Source: Planctomycetota bacterium (lineage in GTDB: Bacteria; Planctomycetota; UBA11346). From it: a stretch of DNA of 49,364 bases. Within the stretch, counting starts at the first letter, position 1; each line of letters starts with the position of its first letter. Position numbers and translations under genes: made by a program. Where the stretch lies: assembly GCA_038213805.1 (NCBI GenBank), contig JBBQSO010000036.1, forward strand, positions 1 through 49,364, written 5' to 3'. Of this stretch, positions 1-9,318 are shown one piece after another. The notes beneath the pieces were generated by a model. That model saw nothing but the letters and a program-made list of their open reading frames with translations, did no database searches and had not been told where the DNA came from.

Positions 1-3000
1 GTCGGTCAGGGTCACGGTGGTCGCGGTGTAGGCGATGCGGAACAGCCGCCCCGCCCCCGCGAAGGTCGCCCCGTCCGCCAAGCCGGTGAAGGTGCCGCTC
101 GCCGAGGCCGAGGTGATGATGGTGTAGACCGTGCCGATCGCGGCGTTGGCGATGCTCGCGACCGTCAGCGTACCGGTACAGGCCACCGTGCTGGCGGTGC
201 TCACGCGGTCATTCGTCGGCGTCGTCCCATCCAGGTCGAGGCTGAGGATCGACGTGGCGTTGCAGGTAACGGAACCGGTGGTCAGCGTCCCGATCGCCGT
301 GCCGCCCAAACCCGGCGCCAGGGTCGATCCCGCGGCCAGGGCCACCGTGCCCGCCACCGTTCCGGTGCCGCCCAGGGTGGCGCCGCTCGAAACGCTCACC
401 GCGCTGCCCGCCGCGGTCGAACCGGTGATCAGCAGCACGCCGCCACCGGCCGTCAGCGCGCCGGTGGCGGTGCAGGCCGCAGAGAGCGTCAGGGTAGCGC
501 CGCCGAGCTTGGTCACCGCGCCGGTGCCGCTGATGACGCTGCCATAGGCCAGCTGCTGGGTCCCTTCGTTGAAGGTCAGCGCATCGGCGGCAGCACTGCT
601 GTTGGCAATTGCGCTGGAGAGGCCGGTGAGTTCTTCCAGCACCAGGCGGCCCGCGGTGATGGTGACGCCACCTGAGAAGAGCAGATCGTGCGCGCCGAAA
701 CCGCAGCGCAGGGTCAGCGTCCCACTGCCCGCCTTGACCAATGCCACGCTGCCGCTGCCGCCGTTATTATTGCGAATCAGGCCGTCGTAGGCGCAGTCGA
801 CGCTGTTGGCGATGGTGAGCACCGATGGGCTGTTCGGCCCTGCGGGTCCGCCGCTCTCGGTGTCCTGGATGACCGCAGGTTGGCCGACGACGCTGGTCTG
901 GATACCGGCGACGGTCTCGAGGTAGCCGTTCAGCTCCAGCTTCGCGCTGTTGCCGGCGCCACCCGAGGTGAAGGTTATGACCGCGGTGTCGGCGATCTGC
1001 CCGCTCGCGCCGAGCCGCAGCACATCGTTGCCAGTACCATCGCCGATGGTGACATTGCCGGCGAGCGCCGTGACGTCCGCGGTCTTCTGCAGGATCATGA
1101 TACCGTTGGCGATGGTGGTGGTCCCGGACGCGGTGTTGGCCAGCGTGCCGGCCAGAGTCAGCGTCCCGTTGCCGGTCTTGGTCACGCTGCCCGTGCCGCT
1201 AATCACGCCAGAGAAGGTGGTGTCGGTGTTGTCGCCACCGCAGGTCAGCGCCGCGCTGCCCAGGCTCACGCTTCCCGCGCCTGCCAAAGAGCCGACGGTC
1301 TCGTTGAAGTTCGCCAGGTTCCACGTCGCACCGCTCGCCACCGTCATCGCGCTGGTGTCCGCGATGACCCCTGCCGCACCGTTCTGCAAGGTGCCGGCGG
1401 AGACCGTGGTGGCGGCGGAGTAGGTGTTCGTCCCCGACAGGGTCAGTGTGCCCGCGCCGCTCTTCGTCACGGCCATGGTGCCGGTAAAATCTTTGAGGAC
1501 TCCACCGAAGGTGGTGCTCGCCGCGCTGTTGATGTTCAGGGTGTAGGCGCCGGCCACGCCCCAGGGCTCGACGAAGCCCGCGCTGCCAGAGAGCCCGGCG
1601 ATGGTGGTCGTGGCGCTGCTCACATCCAGGAAGACGGCTGGTGGGTTCGTGCCTGGGGAAACAAGGATGATATTGGCGAACTGCAAGCAGTTCGCAGTAT
1701 TGATCAAGAGAACGATAGTGGTGCTCGCCGCCGAAGTGAGCGTGAGGGTCCCCGCATACGTGTTGGCATCGTTGTTGATCCACACGCCGCCTCCCGAACC
1801 ATTATCGAGCAGCGCCACCAGTCCCAATGCACCCGTGCCGGTAAGGACGCCGTCAAGCCAGATATCCTTGCCGCCCCATGCGACCTTGACCGTGCCACCA
1901 CCAGCGCCGACGGCGATGGTGGCACCGGCCCCGGTACCCAGGTGGTTGACGCCGTCTTCGCCGACGATCGTGCCACCATTCAACACAAACGAATTGACCA
2001 GGTTGTAGACCGTGCCCGTGCTCCCCGGCTTGAACCACAGCGTACCGCCGGTGTTCACCGTGACTGTCCCGGTGCCCAGCGCGGCGGCGTTCTCGGTGCC
2101 GACCGCGTCGGTTCCCATCTGGAGCACGCCGGCGTTGATGGTGGTGCCGCCACCATAGGTGCTGGCGGCGGTGGACAGCGACATGGTTCCCGTGCCAGCC
2201 TTGACCAGCGCGCCGCTGCCGCTGGCCACCCCCGCATAGGTGGTGGCGGTGTTGTCCCCACCGCAGGTCACTGTCGCGCTGCCAAGGCCGACGTTCCCGG
2301 ATCCGGCGAGCGAACCGATGGTCTCGTTGAAGTTGTTGAGGTTCCAGATCGCGCCCGACGCCACCGTCACGGCGCTGCTGTCGGGGATCACGGCGGCGGC
2401 ACCGTCCTGCAGAGTGCCGGCACTGACCGTGGTGCTTCCGCCGTAGGTGTTGGCTCCTGAAAGCACCAGAGTGTCCGCGCCGGTCTTGGTAAGCGAGCCG
2501 GTGCCGCCAATCGCGCCCGAGAGCGTCAGGGTCGTGGCGCCGGTGACGTTCACGGTGCAGGCACCGGTCAGGGTGATCGGCCCAGCCCAATCGGAAACCG
2601 GGTTGATGGCAGCCAGCGTTCCGGCGTTGAGCAGGATCGGGCAGGTGTTGCCGGTGTCGGCGTATACCTGAAGCGTGCCTCCTGCCTGTACCGTCACACC
2701 GGTGGTGCCGGCGCCGAGGTTGGTTCCGACCTCCACGCTCAGGATGCCGCCGCTGATCGTCGCAGCAGTGAAGCCGGTCACCGCTACGGTCACCAGGCTG
2801 ATCTGGTTAGTGCCGACCTTGGTAAGGGTGAAGCCGTTGGTGGCCACGGTCTCGCCGCCGCCGCTGGTACGCACGTCGAAGCGGCTGGTGCCGCCGATGC
2901 TCGCATCCGCGAGCAGGGTCAGGAAGCGCAGCGCGTTGATCTGGGTTACTCCGGTGTTGATCAGCGCCCCGTTGCCGCCAACACCGGTACCGCTGATCGA

Positions 3001-6000
3001 CACCACTTCGGCTCCGAGCGCCTGCCCGTTGACGTCCAGGGTCGCCCCCGACGACACCGTCGTACCGCCTGCGCTGGTGCCGAGTGCCGCACCATTTCCC
3101 GCCTGCAGCGTGCCCGCGCCCACCGTGGTGGTGCCGGTATAGGTATTCGCTCCCGCCAGCGTCAGGACGTTTGAGCCGGCCTTGGTCAGCCCGCCTGCGC
3201 CGCTCAGTACCCCGCCCAGGGCGAGGTCACCGCTGGCGGCATCCATGGTGCGCGTCGCAGCCACGGCCAGGTCAAGGTTGAGGGTTTGCAGGGCGGCGCC
3301 GCTATTGGTCACGGACCCGGTGAGAGTGATGGCGTTTCCACCAACAGTGAAGGCGCCGGCCCCGGCATTGAAAGTGATGCTGGCGAAACTGGTGGCCGCG
3401 GTGAAATCGTTGCTCGGCGATGTCCGCGTTGATCCGGCGAATTGCAGATCATCGCCCGCGCTCGGTGCCAGGTCAAAGTCCCAGTTGGCCGCGGTCGTCC
3501 AGTTGTTGTCGGCACCGCCACCGTCCCATACCCGCGTGGTCGGCCGCGCCACGTCGGTCAGGGTCACGGTAGTGCCCGTGTAAGCGATCTGGAAGGTCCG
3601 GCCCAGCTGAGTGAACTTCGCGCCGTTCACGAGGCCGCCGAAGGTGCCACTGACGGTGCCTGCCGAGACGATGGTGTAGACCGCGCCCAGCGCTGGGCTG
3701 CCTGCACTGGCGATAGTCAGGGTACCGGCGCAGGCCACCGTCCCCGGGGTGGTCGCGCGGTCGCTGGTCGGGCCGGTACCGTCGAGGTCGACGCCGAAGA
3801 TCGCGGTGGCATTGCAGGTGACCGAGCCGCTGGTCAGCGTGCCGATCGCCGTCCCGCCCGCGCCTGGCGCGAGCTGGCCGCCAGCGGCCAGGGCAACCGT
3901 ACCCGCCGCCGTCCCGGTGCCGCCCAGCGTCCCTCCAGCCAGCACTGTCACCGCGCTGCCCGCGGCGGTGGCGCCGGTGACCAGCAGGGTGCCGCCGCCG
4001 ACCGTGGTGGCACCGGTGTAGGTGTTCGTTCCCGACAGGGTCAGGGTGCCGCTGCCATTCTTGCTCAGGCCGCACGCATTGGTGCCGCCGTCGCTGATCA
4101 CGCCGCTGAAGCTCGTCGAAGTGCTACCTCTGATGGTCAATGTCGAACCAGAGCCGCCGCTATTGGTCACGGTGCCGCCCCCACCGCTGTCGGCGAGCGA
4201 GGCGACCGTCTGGTTGCCACCACCGAGATCAAGGGTCGCGCCCGCGGCGATCGCCAGGGCGGTGGCCGTGGGCAGCGTGCCGCTGGCAGAGTAGGTGAAG
4301 TTGCTGATGGTTTGCGTGGCTACTGCACCGCCGGTGCCGCCCGAGAAGCCGACGAAGGCATTGGGGCTGGTCAGTGTGCTGGAGATAGACCCAGCCGCGA
4401 GCGTGGTGGTGAAGGTGGCAGTGGTGGTCAGGTCAGTCAGCGTCTCGACCAGGTTGGCGGAGCCATCATACTCTAGCGTCACGGCGATCAGATTGCCGGA
4501 GCTGATGTCTACCGGCGTATTCGGGGTGAACGGGGTCAGCACTGAACCGTTGGTGAAATACCTGGTCCCAATGGTGTTACTCGGGAAGATGTTGAATCCG
4601 AGCGCCACACTGGGCGTGATGCTTCCATAGCCCAGTCCCCCACCGCCCACTCCGAGCGCAGTGGTGCCGCTGTTCTGCAGGATGAAGGCGACGCCATCCG
4701 CATTACGGTTTCCCCCGGCCTGATACTGGAAGGTGGCAGTGAACGCCGTCTCCTGCACGAGGGTATTGAAGAACGCGCTGCGAGCCTGCCCGGTACCATT
4801 GCTGGTCAGGGTCAGGACATCGCTGGCCACCGTGGCGCCACCGTTGAGCGTCCAGCCGGTGCCGTTCGTGCCGAATCCGGCGACGACGATAGGCTGGAGG
4901 GCGATCGTGCCCGCCAGAATGGTGGTTGCCCCGGCGTACGTGCTTGACCCGGACAGCTTCAGGGTGCCACCGCCCTGCTTGGTCAAGCCACCAGCACCAG
5001 CGATCGCGCCGCCGATGGTCAGGCTCGAGGCCGAGACCGTGACCTGGCGGGTTCCAGCGCCCAGCGCGACCGCGCCGCTGCCGAGGTTCAGCGCATTCGA
5101 GCCGGTGCAGATGAAGTTGCCGCTCCACGTCTGGGGGTTGTTGGTGGAGATGTTGAGCGCGCCGCCCGACGTGTTGTCGATGGTGCCGCCGGCGATGGTG
5201 AACGTGCCCGCCACCGTTCCCAGCGCAGTAGCGTTGCCGAGATTCAGCGTGCCCGCCGTCAGCGTCACACCCCCGGTGAAGGTGTTGGCCCCGGCCAGGG
5301 TCAGCGCGCCCGCGCCGAGCTTGTTGACGCCGCCGCCGCTGCCGCTGACCACCCCGCCGACCGTCAAGGTGGCAGCGGAAACCGTCACTTGCCGCACCGC
5401 CGCGCCCACGGCGACAGTCGCCGTGCCGAGGTTCAGGGCGTTGCTGCCAGTGAAGGTGAAGTCGCCGTTCCAGGTCTCGGCGTTGTTGGCCGCGATCGTG
5501 ATCGCGCCACCGGAGGTGTTGTCGATGGTGGTGCCGCCGGCGATGGTGAAGGCGCCCGCCGCGGCGCCGAGGGCCGCGGCGTTGTTGATGTTCAGGGTGC
5601 CGGCCGACAGCGTCACGCCGCCGGTGAAGGTGTTGGCGCCACTCAGCGTCAGCGTGCCGCTGCCGGCCTTGGTCAGCGCAAAGGCGCCGCCGATCACGCC
5701 GGACACCGAGACCGCGTTGACCGTCGAGGTCCAAGTCTGGCTGGTGGACAACGTCACCGGGCAGGCGATCACGCTGCCGGCGACGCTCGCGGTCAAGCCG
5801 CCTGCGCCGATGGTCAGCGTACCGCCGCCCGCGCCAACCGTCGCCGCCGCGCCGGTGAAGGTCAGGCTCTGACACGTGCCGCCGCTGGCGGTCACCGACG
5901 GCACCGCCTTGTTGCCACCGCTGCCGTTGCCGATCTGAACGTCGTGGCTGGCGGTCGGCACCACGCCTAGGCTCCAGTTCGACGCAGTGTTCCAATCCGT

Positions 6001-8229
6001 GCTGGTGGTGCCGTTCCAGACGTCGACGGCGTCACCGACCGCGACCGTCACCGCGGTGGCGGAACTGGTCAAGGTCAGGATGTAATTGGTGCCGCCAGAG
6101 GTCACGCCAAGCGTGGTGCCGCCACCGCTGAACTGCCAGGTGGCGCCGGTCAGCCCACCGGTGGCGCTGACGATGGGATAGCTGCCACCGATGGTCAGGC
6201 CGCCGGCCAGCACGGTCATGCCGATGCTGTTGGTTCCGCTGGTGGTCGCGCCTAGCGTCGCCGCCAGGGTGTCGGTCCCCGTACTGTCGATATCGACGTT
6301 GAGCGTCGCGCCGCTGATCGACACGGGCGTCGTCGCGAAGCTGGCATTCTGTTGCAGGTTGCAGGTGCCGATCGCGCCGTCGGTCATGTCGTAGACCGTG
6401 CCCGAGCCCAAGGTCAGCGTCGCCCCCAGCGTGCCGGCGCCCGTGGTCCCGATGGCCATCGCTGCAGCGCCCGGATCATTGGCCAGGGTCGCGCCACTGC
6501 ACACCGTGATCGCGGTGTTGCCCAGCGCCGCGCCGGCGGCCAGCTTCAGCGTGCCACTGGCGGCGAAGGTGCTGCCGACATAGGTGCTCGCACCGCTGAG
6601 CGTCAGCGTCCCGGCGCCGCGCTTGACCAGACCGCCGGGCCCCGAGATCACCCCGCTGACGGTGGTGCTGGTGCCATCGAACCCGCTGACCACGCCGCCG
6701 TCAGTCAGCGCGACCGCGCCAGCACCGGCCACCGAGCCGACGATCAGGTCTGGGGTCAGCGTGCAGTTGGCCGTTGAGATATCGACCATCGTGGTGTCGC
6801 CAGCGCCACTGATCTGCGCGTTCAGACCATAGCCACCGAAGGCCTGGTAGAAGGCCACCACCAGGTCATGGGCGCCGGTGCTGAGACTGATCGAACCGGT
6901 CCGGGTGGCCAACCCCTGAAAAAAATTGTTGTCCACCACCAACGTGCCGTCGACGAACAGCACCGAACCGTCATCGCTGGTGGTATTGAAGGTATAGGTC
7001 CCCGCGGTGCCAATGGCGATCCGACCACTGTAGACGGCCTCGAAGTTGGTGGCGCCGCTGGCGTACGGCGAGGGGAAGCCGCTGCCGGTACCGCCGAAAT
7101 TCAACGTCGTCGCGGTATTGGCCAAGGCCAGCGTCTGGCTGCCGAGATGCCCCTGCAGCGCGGTCAATGAGACGAAGTTCGCGGATAAGGGCGTCACATT
7201 GAAGTAGCGGGCGGACAGCCCGCTGGCCCCAGTCACCGCCAGGGTCGCCCCGGTCGCCACCGTCACCGCGCCGGTGCCCAGCGCGCTGCCGGTCGCCTGC
7301 ACGGTGCCCGCACTGATAGTGGTTCCGCCGCTGTAGGTGTTGGCGCCGGACAGCACCATCGTCCCGTTGCCGAGCTTGGTAATGGCCAGCGTGCCCGAGG
7401 TGTTCTGGATGGTGCCGGTGATCGACGACCCGCCGCCGGTCTGGCCGATGCTCAGCACCGAGGTCCCGCCACCCGTGTTGGTGATGGTCCCGGCTCCCGA
7501 CAAGGTATTGAAGTCCTCACTCAGCCCGTTGGTGTCGAAGGTGCCGCTGGTGACCTGGACGGTGGCGTCTTGATAGAGCTGATCACCCCCCGTGCCGCCC
7601 AGCTTGACCGTCGCGCCATTGATGGTCAGCGTCGCACCACCGATTGCGTGCACACCCGACGAGCTGGTCTTCGCCAGGATCACCGTGCCCGCGTTGGCGG
7701 TCAGCGCGAACCCGTTGTTGTCCACCGTGCCGCCCAGCGTCAGGGTGTGGGTGCCGGATTTGGTCAGCATCCCACTCGTACCTAGCGCGCCGTTCAAGGT
7801 GATCGCCCCGCTACTGCCACCGACCCCATAGATCCCCGAAATGTCGCAGTCCAGGGTCTCGGTGGCGGCACTGTTGTTGGTGATCGCGACGGTGATGGTG
7901 ATGCGATTGCCGCCGATAGTGAAGGCGCCCGCGGTATTGTCGAACGTGATCGAGGCGAAATTGGTGCCGGCACCGAAATCATTGTTCGGCGTCAGTCGGG
8001 TACCGCCGGCGAACACCAGGTCATCGCCAGCCGTCGGCGCGACCCCGCCCACCCAGTTCGCGCCCGTCGTCCAGTTGTCGTCCCCTCCGCCACCGTTCCA
8101 GGTGACCGTGGCCGCGGACGCCATCGGGGGCAGCGCCAGGCAGACCAACAGCAGCAGCCAACGGGAGAGCGACCGCAGCGTGGGCCGGGTCGCAGTGTAG
8201 ACACGGATGAAGGCGTGGCCGGATCGCAT
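1..8229 (-). CDS. Giant autotransporter-associated beta-strand repeat surface protein/adhesin (>=2743 aa, 3' end outside window) with embedded PA14 and L-type lectin domains
   Basis: Manual translation from ATG at 8229 gives MRSGHAFIRVYTATRPTLRSLSRWLLLLVCLALPPMASA-ATVTWNGGGGDDNWTTGANW (signal peptide), then many LTKxGxGTLTLxGxNTYxGxTTVxxGTL repeats. The Val/Pro-rich plus-strand shadow ORFs from 131 to 8200 share one frame. No minus-strand ORF in the matching frame terminates in 1-8229, which is why the track omits it. Confidence 0.93.
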   Translation of the reverse strand, partial: MRSGHAFIRVYTATRPTLRSLSRWLLLLVCLALPPMASAATVTWNGGGGDDNWTTGANWVGGVAPTAGDDLVFAGGTRLTPNNDFGAGTNFASITFDNTAGAFTIGGNRITITVAITNNSAATETLDCDISGIYGVGGSSGAITLNGALGTSGMLTKSGTHTLTLGGTVDNNGFALTANAGTVILAKTSSSGVHAIGGATLTINGATVKLGGTGGDQLYQDATVQVTSGTFDTNGLSEDFNTLSGAGTITNTGGGTSVLSIGQTGGGSSITGTIQNTSGTLAITKLGNGTMVLSGANTYSGGTTISAGTVQATGSALGTGAVTVATGATLAVTGASGLSARYFNVTPLSANFVSLTALQGHLGSQTLALANTATTLNFGGTGSGFPSPYASGATNFEAVYSGRIAIGTAGTYTFNTTSDDGSVLFVDGTLVVDNNFFQGLATRTGSISLSTGAHDLVVAFYQAFGGYGLNAQISGAGDTTMVDISTANCTLTPDLIVGSVAGAGAVALTDGGVVSGFDGTSTTVSGVISGPGGLVKRGAGTLTLSGASTYVGSTFAASGTLKLAAGAALGNTAITVCSGATLANDPGAAAMAIGTTGAGTLGATLTLGSGTVYDMTDGAIGTCNLQQNASFATTPVSISGATLNVDIDSTGTDTLAATLGATTSGTNSIGMTVLAGGLTIGGSYPIVSATGGLTGATWQFSGGGTTLGVTSGGTNYILTLTSSATAVTVAVGDAVDVWNGTTSTDWNTASNWSLGVVPTASHDVQIGNGSGGNKAVPSVTASGGTCQSLTFTGAAATVGAGGGTLTIGAGGLTASVAGSVIACPVTLSTSQTWTSTVNAVSVSGVIGGAFALTKAGSGTLTLSGANTFTGGVTLSAGTLNINNAAALGAAAGAFTIAGGTTIDNTSGGAITIAANNAETWNGDFTFTGSNALNLGTATVAVGAAVRQVTVSAATLTVGGVVSGSGGGVNKLGAGALTLAGANTFTGGVTLTAGTLNLGNATALGTVAGTFTIAGGTIDNTSGGALNISTNNPQTWSGNFICTGSNALNLGSGAVALGAGTRQVTVSASSLTIGGAIAGAGGLTKQGGGTLKLSGSSTYAGATTILAGTIALQPIVVAGFGTNGTGWTLNGGATVASDVLTLTSNGTGQARSAFFNTLVQETAFTATFQYQAGGNRNADGVAFILQNSGTTALGVGGGGLGYGSITPSVALGFNIFPSNTIGTRYFTNGSVLTPFTPNTPVDISSGNLIAVTLEYDGSANLVETLTDLTTTATFTTTLAAGSISSTLTSPNAFVGFSGGTGGAVATQTISNFTYSASGTLPTATALAIAAGATLDLGGGNQTVASLADSGGGGTVTNSGGSGSTLTIRGSTSTSFSGVISDGGTNACGLSKNGSGTLTLSGTNTYTGATTVGGGTLLVTGATAAGSAVTVLAGGTLGGTGTAAGTVALAAGGQLAPGAGGTAIGTLTSGSVTCNATAIFGVDLDGTGPTSDRATTPGTVACAGTLTIASAGSPALGAVYTIVSAGTVSGTFGGLVNGAKFTQLGRTFQIAYTGTTVTLTDVARPTTRVWDGGGADNNWTTAANWDFDLAPSAGDDLQFAGSTRTSPSNDFTAATSFASITFNAGAGAFTVGGNAITLTGSVTNSGAALQTLNLDLAVAATRTMDAASGDLALGGVLSGAGGLTKAGSNVLTLAGANTYTGTTTVGAGTLQAGNGAALGTSAGGTTVSSGATLDVNGQALGAEVVSISGTGVGGNGALINTGVTQINALRFLTLLADASIGGTSRFDVRTSGGGETVATNGFTLTKVGTNQISLVTVAVTGFTAATISGGILSVEVGTNLGAGTTGVTVQAGGTLQVYADTGNTCPILLNAGTLAAINPVSDWAGPITLTGACTVNVTGATTLTLSGAIGGTGSLTKTGADTLVLSGANTYGGSTTVSAGTLQDGAAAVIPDSSAVTVASGAIWNLNNFNETIGSLAGSGNVGLGSATVTCGGDNTATTYAGVASGSGALVKAGTGTMSLSTAASTYGGGTTINAGVLQMGTDAVGTENAAALGTGTVTVNTGGTLWFKPGSTGTVYNLVNSFVLNGGTIVGEDGVNHLGTGAGATIAVGAGGGTVKVAWGGKDIWLDGVLTGTGALGLVALLDNGSGGGVWINNDANTYAGTLTLTSAASTTIVLLINTANCLQFANIILVSPGTNPPAVFLDVSSATTTIAGLSGSAGFVEPWGVAGAYTLNINSAASTTFGGVLKDFTGTMAVTKSGAGTLTLSGTNTYSAATTVSAGTLQNGAAGVIADTSAMTVASGATWNLANFNETVGSLAGAGSVSLGSAALTCGGDNTDTTFSGVISGTGSVTKTGNGTLTLAGTLANTASGTTTIANGIMILQKTADVTALAGNVTIGDGTGNDVLRLGASGQIADTAVITFTSGGAGNSAKLELNGYLETVAGIQTSVVGQPAVIQDTESGGPAGPNSPSVLTIANSVDCAYDGLIRNNNGGSGSVALVKAGSGTLTLRCGFGAHDLLFSGGVTITAGRLVLEELTGLSSAIANSSAAADALTFNEGTQQLAYGSVISGTGAVTKLGGATLTLSAACTATGALTAGGGVLLITGSTAAGSAVSVSSGATLGGTGTVAGTVALAAGSTLAPGLGGTAIGTLTTGSVTCNATSILSLDLDGTTPTNDRVSTASTVACTGTLTVASIANAAIGTVYTIITSASASGTFTGLADGATFAGAGRLFRIAYTATTVTLTD

Positions 8230-8504
8230 GGGGCGAGAGCGATTCCTGGTGACCCGAGAGGATTGGGGCCCATGGAGGGCACCCCAGTATACACCCGCTC
8301 TCCGGTCGGCGACAGGTGGCGATTACGCAACGTTTGAACCCTAATTGGCCAAATTCCGCCCTGGGATGGGCGGTGGCCTCGACCAGGAAGTCCTGTGCCG
8401 CACATGCGCGTGCCGAGCTACCGCAGCGGTTGCGCCCATCCGCGATGCGTCGTTGCCAATCCGCCGCTCGTAGACACGGGAACGCCCGGACATCGGAATG
8501 GTGG

Positions 8505-8660
8505 TCAGCGCAACCGCTGACGCATTCCCACCAGCAGCGCGAGCAGGGCCACCAGGGCGCTGGCGCCACCCAGTCCGCAGTCACCACCGCCGGAACCTCT
8601 GTTGCCGCCACTGGCGCTTGCTGGCGTGCGCCAAACCAGGTTGACGCCCACGTTCGTGAT
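8505..8660 (-). pseudogene. Orphan C-terminal fragment of a surface protein carrying a Gly-rich linker, CGLG motif, TM helix and basic tail
   Basis: Minus frame between stops at 8661 and 8505 reads ITNVGVNLVWRTPASASGGNRGSGGGDCGLGGASALVALLALLVGMRQRLR*. Confidence 0.6.
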
Positions 8661-8673
8661 TTACGGTCTCGTA

Positions 8674-9111
8674 ATGAAGAAACCGCCCGCACACCCCGCC
8701 CAACCCGCCGCCAAGCTCATCGCGCAGCGCATCGCCGAGCTCGGCGATTGGCGCGGACAGGTCCTCAGCCGGATGCGCACGCTCATCGCGGCCGCGGACC
8801 CGGACGTCGTCGAGGAATGGAAGTGGAGGGGCACGCCGGTGTGGTCCCACGACGGCATCATCTGCACGGGCGAGACCTACCAGGCGGTGGTCAAGCTCAC
8901 CTTTATGAAGGGCGCGGCGCTCGAGGATCCCGCCGGCCTCTTCAACGCGAGCCTCGACGGCAACGCGCGCCGCGCGATCGACATCCGCGCAGGCGTGGTC
9001 ATCGACGGCAGCGCCTTCACGGCGCTGATCCGGGCAGCAGTCGCCCTGAACTGCGCCGACAAGGCAAAGACGAAGAAGCCCACGAAGCCCACGAAAAAAG
9101 CCGCGCGCTGA
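8674..9111 (+). CDS. DUF1801 (YdhG-like) domain protein
   Basis: IAELGDWRG...ADPDVVEEWKWRGTPVWSHDGIICTGETY...KLTFMKGAALEDPAGLFNASLDGNARRAIDI is a typical DUF1801 sequence. ATG at 8674. Confidence 0.9.
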   Translation: MKKPPAHPAQPAAKLIAQRIAELGDWRGQVLSRMRTLIAAADPDVVEEWKWRGTPVWSHDGIICTGETYQAVVKLTFMKGAALEDPAGLFNASLDGNARRAIDIRAGVVIDGSAFTALIRAAVALNCADKAKTKKPTKPTKKAAR

Positions 9112-9318
9112 ACGAAGCATGGGGGTTCCCCCGCCGCCCAGTCGCGATGCGGGGGCGACCGGCGCCAGGTTCGCGGAGAGCGCGGTGAACAGCCTGAGAA
9201 AAGCCCAGAAACCGTGCATCTCAAGCCTGGTCTGCGTCACGGACGCGCTTGGCCGTTGACAGCATGGTCGATGGCGGTCTACGGTGCGCAGACCCCAGAC
9301 GACGCATATCCCAGGACC

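Noticed and set aside
131..8200. Many plus-strand ORFs, including 688..2460 (590 aa) and 4733..5872
   Set aside because: Antisense shadows of the giant minus-strand repeat protein; Val/Pro- or Arg/Gly-rich with no motifs.
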